64,000 nucleotides of DNA, from assembly GCA_950097015.1 (NCBI GenBank), contig CATNEN010000007.1:8432001-8496000 (forward strand), written 5' to 3'. Each line of letters begins with the position of its first letter. Within the stretch, counting starts at the first letter, position 1. This document shows positions 57,401-64,000 of this stretch, piece by piece. Origin of the DNA: Macrostomum hystrix. Taxonomy: Eukaryota; Animalia; Platyhelminthes. The notes beneath the pieces were generated by a model. The model ran no database searches, was not told the origin of the DNA, and was given only the letters and a program-made list of their open reading frames with translations. Made by a program: the position numbers and the translations under genes.

Positions 57401-59169
57401 CACCGAAAGTCAAATCCATCGGCTGCTCCTCGAAGGCACAGGCGTTGGCGCGGATGAAGGTGTCGAAGGTGGCCAGGACAATGTTCTCCGCGATCTGGCG
57501 CTCTTCGCCGACCTCGCCTAGGCGGGCCCGCAGCTGATCAAGACTGCAGCCGTGGTCTGAATTTGGGGCGCCGATCAGAATTTCTTAGTGGTTAGTAACG
57601 GGTAATGTTTTAAAAAAGTAAAAAACATATATTCATATTAATAACCCTCACCGCAAACTGCATTTGCAACCATTACCCAACACAACATCCCACACGGCAA
57701 CTACTACACCACACGACGTCCCACACCGCAACCACTACACCACACGACATCCCACACCGCAACCACTACCCCGCACAACATCCCGTACCCCGTCTCAGAT
57801 AGTCCTCGAAGCCGGGCAGCAGCTGCTCCAGGCTTTTGCAGTTGCCCTCCGAGTAGACGATGGCGGTGAGGAGCTTGGCTGGCCACTCCGAGTGCTTCAT
57901 CAGCACGGATAGCAGTGCGGGCATCTCTGTACCGGCAGGGGGAACAGGAGTGACTTTAGCTGCCAATGAATTAACTTCTGGTTAGAACTCAAAAATCAGG
58001 AGGGGATTTCAACTTGCTTCTCTCCGTGACGTTTATCAACGTGTCCACGTCCACCTGGGTCAAGACGCCGAAGTCGCCCAGCGTAGTGAGCAGCGTATCG
58101 TTGACAAGGCCCTCGTTGGCGACGGATTTGCCATCGCTGCCCAGAAGGCAGAGCTGATAGTGCTCGGCCAGGCAGTCGAACAGGCGGCGCTCCTGCTCAG
58201 ACCGGGGCTTCTTCAGCAGGGCCACTGCCTTAGTGAACCGCTCTGCAATGGGTCCCGTGGATGTTAAAGTACACTGCGGTGTCTACCGCTACTCAGACAG
58301 ACAGGATTCAGCACTCACGCTCCTCAAGCAGCTGGCAGAAGTGGAAGTACTTTCTCTCCAGCCGCGATTCATGCAGCTTCTCAAACAGAAGGTCATTCAG
58401 GCCGTAGATCTGCTCCTGATTCTGCACCGAGCCGTCCGCGATCACAATCTCTGACATCGTTTGCCAGTCGCTCAGGTCCGCTGTTTGGGCGGCATGGATG
58501 ATGTGACTCAGGAACCACACCCTCCTTCTGACATCGCATTTTCCCTGTTGAAACCACCCCTAGCAGATGCCCCACATCCACACTCCCTGCATTTACACCA
58601 CCCCCCTGCTGAATTACCACCACTGCTGATACCCCACCCTCCTACTGATACCCCACACCCCTTCTGATACCCCACACCCCTTCTGACACCCCACACCCCT
58701 TCTGATACCCCACCCTTTTACTGATACCCCACCCTCCTGCTGATGCCCCACACCCCTTCTGATACCCCACACCCCTTCTGATACCCCACCCTCCTACTGA
58801 TACCCCACCCTCCTACTGATACCCCACCCTCCTGCTGATGCCCCACACCCCTTCTGATACCCCACACCCCTTCTGATACCCCACCCTCCTACTGATACCC
58901 CACCCTCCTGCTGATGCCCCACACCCCTTCTGACACCCCACCCCCCTTCCCCACTTTGATCCCGCTTTGATAACTGTCGTTGCTGAAATACCACCCCTGG
59001 TAATACCACATGACAAAAATAGCTACTCACACACATCGATGCACTTCTCTAGCTGTTTCCTGTAGCTGGATATGTTGGGTAGATGCATGCGCAGCTCAGG
59101 CCAGTGCACCTCTAGCTGCAACTGGCAGAGGCTCTCCTCATTAGTCACGTGACCAGTAGCAATTGGCAT
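51478..59169 (-). CDS. RIG-I-like receptor (DDX58/IFIH1 family DExD/H RNA helicase) with N-terminal CARD-like region and C-terminal Zn-binding domain, ~1058 aa
   Basis: Exons (5'->3') 59169-59031, 58480-58319, 58242-58018 (GC donor), 57926-57789, 57556-57072, 56412-56098, 55107-54611, 53622-53208, 52829-52563, 52011-51478; phase-consistent (3177 nt). Motifs MRAYQLEL, APTGSGKT, IIFDECHH, GLTASPG, IVFVQQR, STSVSEEGLDV..CN, QSKGRGRA; CTD CTGC...KHF...CAKC...WG...LKVESF...KKW. N-terminal exon boundaries are less certain. Confidence 0.9.
52032..52535. repeat. Minisatellite, 21-bp palindromic unit (acacATCACTgacacAGTGAT), RLR last intron
   Basis: ~23 copies. Confidence 0.95.
52847..53207. repeat. 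(GACT/GGCT)n microsatellite filling an RLR intron
   Basis: Tetranucleotide array contiguous with the donor GTCAGT. Confidence 0.97.
53628..54548. repeat. Minisatellite, 33-bp unit (gatgggaataattcaggttcatcatgggatcta), RLR intron
   Basis: ~27 copies. Confidence 0.96.
55190..56060. repeat. Purine-rich minisatellite, 22-bp unit (agagacagaggggagaaaggtc), RLR intron
   Basis: Tandem array. Confidence 0.95.
56620..56852 (-). mobile_element. tRNA-derived SINE (family A) in an RLR intron
   Basis: Reverse complement: ttggcagagcggtataacaagattgctttccgcaccaaggtccctgatctcgattccgtggcgaggccacattt... Confidence 0.8.
58625..58945. repeat. C-rich minisatellite, 18-19-bp unit (ctgataccccaccctccta), RLR first intron
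   Basis: Tandem array. Confidence 0.9.
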
Positions 59170-60799
59170 CTATAGGAGCTGCAAGAGTATTAATAGCTTT
59201 AGTGTATAAAGCCTCAATAGCTATTCAAGCAATTGGGACTAGAAATATTTCATTTAAGTTGAATAATATTATCTACCAAAGTTAAAAACTTAAAAACTTG
59301 CATTGCAAATATAAAATTTATATGCCTTATATATATGTTTAGTGTCCTAATATAGCTAAAAGTATACCATAGCTAGCTATTTTATACTAAACCATAATTA
59401 AAACAGGCTTAAATGAGAACAATATAAAAACAAAAAATCAAAATAGTTTCATTTATAGCAATAGTTTAGTTATTAATATTTATAATTATAGTAAAATATA
59501 ATAGTAAAAAAGTTAACACATATAATGGTTATAGTGTACTATTATTTTTATTAAAATACAATAGTATTATCCTGGTGTTATTTTAAAAATAAGTGCAACT
59601 GATTTGTTTGAGAGAATATGATAGATGATTACAATGAATGTCTGATCACTGCTTTCTAACATTATAATTTATTTTTTCTAGCCAAAACGCCAGGGCGATT
59701 ATCATTACAAGGGATCGTTTCTGCTGCTAGCTAGAAACACACAAGCTAAAATAAACAGACATGACTAGCATGACTAATAGTGTTACTGTGTCTACAGATT
59801 GAAAAACCATGAGAGGAAAAAATTTACACAAAACAAACAAAAAGTAAATAAAGTGAAGTCAGTTTCTTTGCTTGAAACTTTTTTCTTTCACTCGAGGTTT
59901 GGCTCGACCACAAAGACAAAATGAACGTTACGTTTATGGACCGATTCGTGTTGGCCTATTATGCTCGGGATTTCCAAGAAATTTTTCTTTCTCGTGCGAA
60001 CAGCCTACGACGATGTACGCTCGTAGATATGATATAACACTTGTGTACAAAATGCATACGTACACTGCAATTAACAGTATAACATATTTACAAGGAGATT
60101 TCCTTCTGAAAAGCTTTTTGTCCAAATATTTTGCTTCCCTCTCTTATCTCTCATTGCTTTGCTATTTTCTGTCTAGTTTTATTTAGTAGGAATACTCAAC
60201 GCAGAACGCAAGGCACATATTCATTTCAATGACATTTCATTTCTGCCAAACAGTTTTATCGTTTGTCGTCTAGCTTCAGTGTTGCTCAAATATCAGTTAA
60301 CAATTAACAATTCTATCAGAAATTAGATCCTGATTTGAAACTCTCCTCAGACAAAACATAGAGATGGACACTCCAATTTATGCAGGGAAGAGATCCTCAA
60401 GCCGAGTCAAGCGAACCTAAAGAGATAACGAACTCAGACTAGGAGAAACAAAATAATTAAGCAAATGTGCAGTCAGGAAGGATCCTCGCAGGATTAGGTT
60501 GCTGACTAAGGATAAATCAAACTGACGATATGATTGAGCGCGAAAGGTAGATATATTACTTTTCCAGACAGAAAATTGGATGGAATGAACATTTCTGTCC
60601 GTCCATATTCGCTTTGATGGTAAATTTATGTCCCATTTTGCATCCCCAAGAACAAGTAAATGTACGCGACCCTTAATACTCCATCATCTTCCCATTTTAT
60701 TATACATTTTGTTAAAGAGCCTGTAGCTGGTAATGTTTAGTTTCTTGATGAAAGACTAATTTCCTTAAGTCAAAAAAACACAATGTGACACTATAATAC

Positions 60800-60990
60800 T
60801 TCAGTATAATAATTGCCTGAGGGCTGCGGGCAATAGCACATCATTTTGTGGCACTATATTTGCAGCCAGCGATGAATTCTGCCCATTTCGCCGACTCCAG
60901 AGCACACACGCACACATATACCACCGCAGGCGCACGTTGGTGTGTACATCTGCCCTGACTTTCTCATCGTCATGCCTTGGAGGTTGGCCC
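60800..60990 (-). mobile_element. 3' half of SINE family A, broken off where the LINE begins
   Basis: Tail tataataattgcctgagggctgcgggcaatagcacatcatt and body tctgccctgactttctcatcgtca...tgccttggaggttggccc match other copies. Confidence 0.7.
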
Positions 60991-61659
60991 GCTCGCACCG
61001 GCGGGACACAGTGCCTGTGAGGTATGAGTCAGTCCAGGCCCACGGGCTTTGGTCTGCGATGCCTCACACCTGCAGCCGTTTTTTGAGCAGGCCTGGCAGG
61101 AAGGAGACCTGTACCTTCGGGTGCAGGAATCCCTCCAACGCTGTCCCGTCAGCTGACCCATGGATACACGTCCCGCGAGTGTTCAAGGCTGACCCTAGGG
61201 CAGCCGGACAGAATGGGCAACAGCGCTGGATGACCCATCCAGGGCCTCCGGCCAAACTGGGTACCTCTAGCCCCGGCTGGAGGGAAAGGTGTCACCCTTT
61301 GACCTTAACAGGGTATGTGGCTTGTCCGCAATTTTCGTGCACCTGTGCGTGATCAGGTACCTCTGGCTACGGCCCTGAGGGACAGGTGTCACCCTTTGAC
61401 CTTAACAGGGTTTGCGGCCAGCCCGCAGGCCTCGGCGCCGGCTCAATGGCACCCTCCAATGTCCCAGTGTTGACCGTGCTGATGGACGCTTGGCCAGGGA
61501 GTAGTCTGGTCTCTTACGGTTCCTCCCGGTGGTCCTGGCATCCCACCCCGGGTTGTAACTTGTCTTTTTTGGCTGCCCCCGCTCAGTTTTGGGATCGCGG
61601 CTGAGCGGGTTATTCCTGCCTGTGTCTACAGGAAGCCCCTCTCTTCATTGCAGCTTTCA

Positions 61660-63207
61660 ATGGCTTCTAGCCCTTCAACTGCTCCGGCCGAGGACACCAT
61701 GGTGCCTGAGGCCATACACGCTGCGGCGCCCGGGCTAGCTGGCCCCGCGACCGCCACAAATGCCGCGCTGCCCAACTCGCGCGATGACCGGGGCGCTAAG
61801 CGCTCCACCACCTCTGGAGCGGCAAAACGCCGTAGGCGCATGCTGGCCCACGGCACGTCGGCTCCATTGACCAAGGACCAGGCCCAGGCCAGAGGGGCCG
61901 AAGGGGCTCTGCCTAGGGCGGGGGCTGGGGCGGGGGGCCTTGTGCCTCCTGCCCAGGCTCCTGCACGGGGCGGAGCCCACGACGCCCCGAGGCCAGGGTC
62001 GCGGGCCAAGGAGGGCCCGGCGCCCATCCGGACGGCTGCCCGGCCCGAAGGAGAAGCGGAGGCGGAGGGCCCTGTGCCCACCGCCGACGCAGATCCCGAG
62101 GGTGGGGACGCCAACGGACAGGGCCCGGGACCACAAGCTACCTACGCCGCCATCGCACGTAGGCAACCTGCCGTCATCATCACCGGCAGAGACGGGAAAA
62201 GGCTGAGCAGCGAACAGCTCAGCGACATTTGCCGCAACATAGATGCTATGTTGTGGCAACTTCAACTGAAGGGCGAGCCCCTGGCGGTCGGCGCAAGCGC
62301 TACCAGGGAATCGTGCTTCGTCGTCTGGCCCGGCGATGCGGAATCGGGGCGGCGGCTCCTCGAGTTGCTGCCCACGCAGAGCTGGGCGGCTGGCCTCGAG
62401 TTCCTACGGGAGAACGAGCCACCAAAGACCAAGCGACACCGTATCTTCGTCCCGGCGAAAAGTGTCGTCACCAGCGCTGAGGACCTCCGCAGGGGCCTCA
62501 TCGCGATGAACCGGGAGCTGCCGACAGCGGGCCTGATCGTGCACCGCACGATCCTGCGCCCCGACGGCACCGGTTTCATCGCCATTATGGGCCTGTCCAA
62601 GCAATGGACACGCCGCTACCCAGATGGCGCCAACATTTGCATTGGTCTGTGGAAGACCAAAATCTTCGCCTTCGAGGCGGATAAAACCCGAGGTCAGACC
62701 GGGCCCACCACCGTACCGGCCAATGAAGGGTCCTCGGACCCCAAGGCTGGGACTGGGGGCAGGGCCCAGTCGTCCCGCCAAAAAAGGCCAGAGCGTGCCA
62801 TCGCTGGCAGCTCTGAGCGTCGCCCCGCGCGTGTCACAAAGCGCCGGGGCCTTCTCCAGCGGGCCTCCGAGGTGGTGCGAACCGCCAAGATGGCCCAGCT
62901 GCGCGCTGAGATGCGCGGTGGCCCACCGGGGCAGGCGCCGCAACCAAGGGCTACGGGGGAGGCCTCAGAGGTGCCCAGCTCCATCGAGCAGGGCCCTTCG
63001 AGCGCCCCTCCCACGGCCCAGGGAGCGGTGTCGGCTCCAGTTGAGGGCGACTCTGGGCCTGGGCTCGGGGCCGGGGGCGGGGACTGGGCGGCTGACGCCG
63101 TCGAGTTCCCGTCTCCGGCTCGGGGCCTGGGCACGGAGGAGCCCATGGCTACCGACATCGACCCGGAGGAGGAGGACCGCCTTCTGGCTGGGTCCCCCTC
63201 CAAGTAG
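61660..63207 (+). CDS. Retrotransposon ORF1 protein (gag-like; central domain resembles DUF4780-type ORF1 of LOA elements)
   Basis: ~515 aa from ATG 61660; disordered N- and C-termini, ATYAAIA motif, globular core at ~62160-62680; directly precedes the APE ORF. Confidence 0.75.
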   Translation: MASSPSTAPAEDTMVPEAIHAAAPGLAGPATATNAALPNSRDDRGAKRSTTSGAAKRRRRMLAHGTSAPLTKDQAQARGAEGALPRAGAGAGGLVPPAQAPARGGAHDAPRPGSRAKEGPAPIRTAARPEGEAEAEGPVPTADADPEGGDANGQGPGPQATYAAIARRQPAVIITGRDGKRLSSEQLSDICRNIDAMLWQLQLKGEPLAVGASATRESCFVVWPGDAESGRRLLELLPTQSWAAGLEFLRENEPPKTKRHRIFVPAKSVVTSAEDLRRGLIAMNRELPTAGLIVHRTILRPDGTGFIAIMGLSKQWTRRYPDGANICIGLWKTKIFAFEADKTRGQTGPTTVPANEGSSDPKAGTGGRAQSSRQKRPERAIAGSSERRPARVTKRRGLLQRASEVVRTAKMAQLRAEMRGGPPGQAPQPRATGEASEVPSSIEQGPSSAPPTAQGAVSAPVEGDSGPGLGAGGGDWAADAVEFPSPARGLGTEEPMATDIDPEEEDRLLAGSPSK

Positions 63208-63219
63208 ACCTCTGCCTGC

Positions 63220-64000
63220 ATGATGATCCCCGGAATATCATGTCTGCAAGTTAACACCCAGCACTGCGTGGCAGCATCAGTCAATCTGATGCGCACGACA
63301 GAGCGCATGATGCCGGGCCTTGTACTTGTGCAGGAGCCCTGGCTATCAAAGAACAAGCCAAGCAACATTCCTGCTGGCTATGACTGCTTCTGCATGGCAG
63401 ACTCTGTCCGCCCTAGATCACTGATCTATGCCGCAAAAGCCTTAAATGCGTGGATGAGACCCGATCTCTCTAACGGGGACATCTGCGTCATCCAATCTGC
63501 ACACATTGTGCCTAACAAGTTGACCCTCGTGGCATCCGCCTACCTGGCAGGCGACGCCCCCGTGGTTAGCGATACCCTCGTCGCCCTCTGTGAATTCGCC
63601 AGGGCACGAAACTTCGAGCTGCTCCTCGCGGGAGATGTAAACTCGCATCACACCCACTGGGGTAGCTCAAAAATCAATGACCGCGGCGAAGAGCTCCTGG
63701 CCTTCGTCAGCGGCACGCCTCTAAACTTCTGCAATGTGGGCAACACGCCCACTTTCGACAATGGGCGGTGGGCTGAGGTGCTTGACGTCACCCTGGCCTC
63801 ACCCGGCATCCTCCCAAGGATGCTGGGGTGGGAGGTGTGGGAGACCGAAAGCTCGCTCTCGGACCACCGTTTCATCCGTTTCAACATCGGCACCCCCGAT
63901 AAGAAGCAAAAGCCTATTTGGAGGCGTAATGTCAGAAATACCGACTGGCCCGCGTTCAGCCAAAAGCTGCATGAGGGCCTTCGGGATTCTGACCCCTCCA
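63220..64000 (+). CDS. Retrotransposon ORF2, N-terminal apurinic-like endonuclease (partial)
   Basis: Translation MMIPGISCLQVNTQHC...LVQEPW...ASAY...AGDVNSHHTHWGS...NDRGEEL...NVGNTPTF...LDVTL...LSDHRFI contains the canonical APE motifs. Confidence 0.93.
   Translation, partial: MMIPGISCLQVNTQHCVAASVNLMRTTERMMPGLVLVQEPWLSKNKPSNIPAGYDCFCMADSVRPRSLIYAAKALNAWMRPDLSNGDICVIQSAHIVPNKLTLVASAYLAGDAPVVSDTLVALCEFARARNFELLLAGDVNSHHTHWGSSKINDRGEELLAFVSGTPLNFCNVGNTPTFDNGRWAEVLDVTLASPGILPRMLGWEVWETESSLSDHRFIRFNIGTPDKKQKPIWRRNVRNTDWPAFSQKLHEGLRDSDPS

Larger units (their letters stand above)
60991..64000 (+). mobile_element. Non-LTR retrotransposon (APE-type, LOA/R1-like): 5' UTR + ORF1 + start of ORF2; runs off the window
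   Basis: Abrupt switch to GC-rich sequence; open ORF1 followed by an APE endonuclease ORF. Confidence 0.9.

Noticed and set aside
44721-59169. Functional immune gene cluster (inhibitors plus RLR)
   Set aside because: Adjacency alone is weak evidence in an animal genome; no shared regulatory signal was visible.

Overview
Eukaryotic (animal) genomic DNA with spliceosomal introns, GC-rich exons with poly-Ala/Gln tracts, and introns filled with minisatellites. This style resembles a free-living flatworm such as Macrostomum (inference only). Gene models were assembled by hand from splice sites and reading-frame phase. They are: a short orphan ORF (-); ribonucleotide reductase large subunit RRM1 (+, 6 coding exons); a GRAMD4 orthologue (+, 11 exons, one GC-AG intron); a 5-exon single-pass receptor (+, ~1356 aa); two tandem intronless secreted multi-domain pacifastin-like protease inhibitors (+); a RIG-I-like RNA helicase with tandem CARD-like domains (-, 10 exons, one GC-AG intron); and the 5' part of an apparently intact LOA/R1-like non-LTR retrotransposon at the right edge. 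The receptor fuses a bacterial-type PstS phosphate-binding ectodomain to a kinase-homology domain and a catalytically degenerate guanylyl-cyclase domain. The window also holds several copies of a tRNA-derived SINE and more than 20 distinct tandem arrays, which produce most of the long ORFs in the track. The standout candidate novel system is the PstS-ectodomain receptor pseudo-cyclase, a putative cell-surface inorganic phosphate sensor. Second are the variant pacifastin modules that have lost exactly the C3-C5 disulfide pair.
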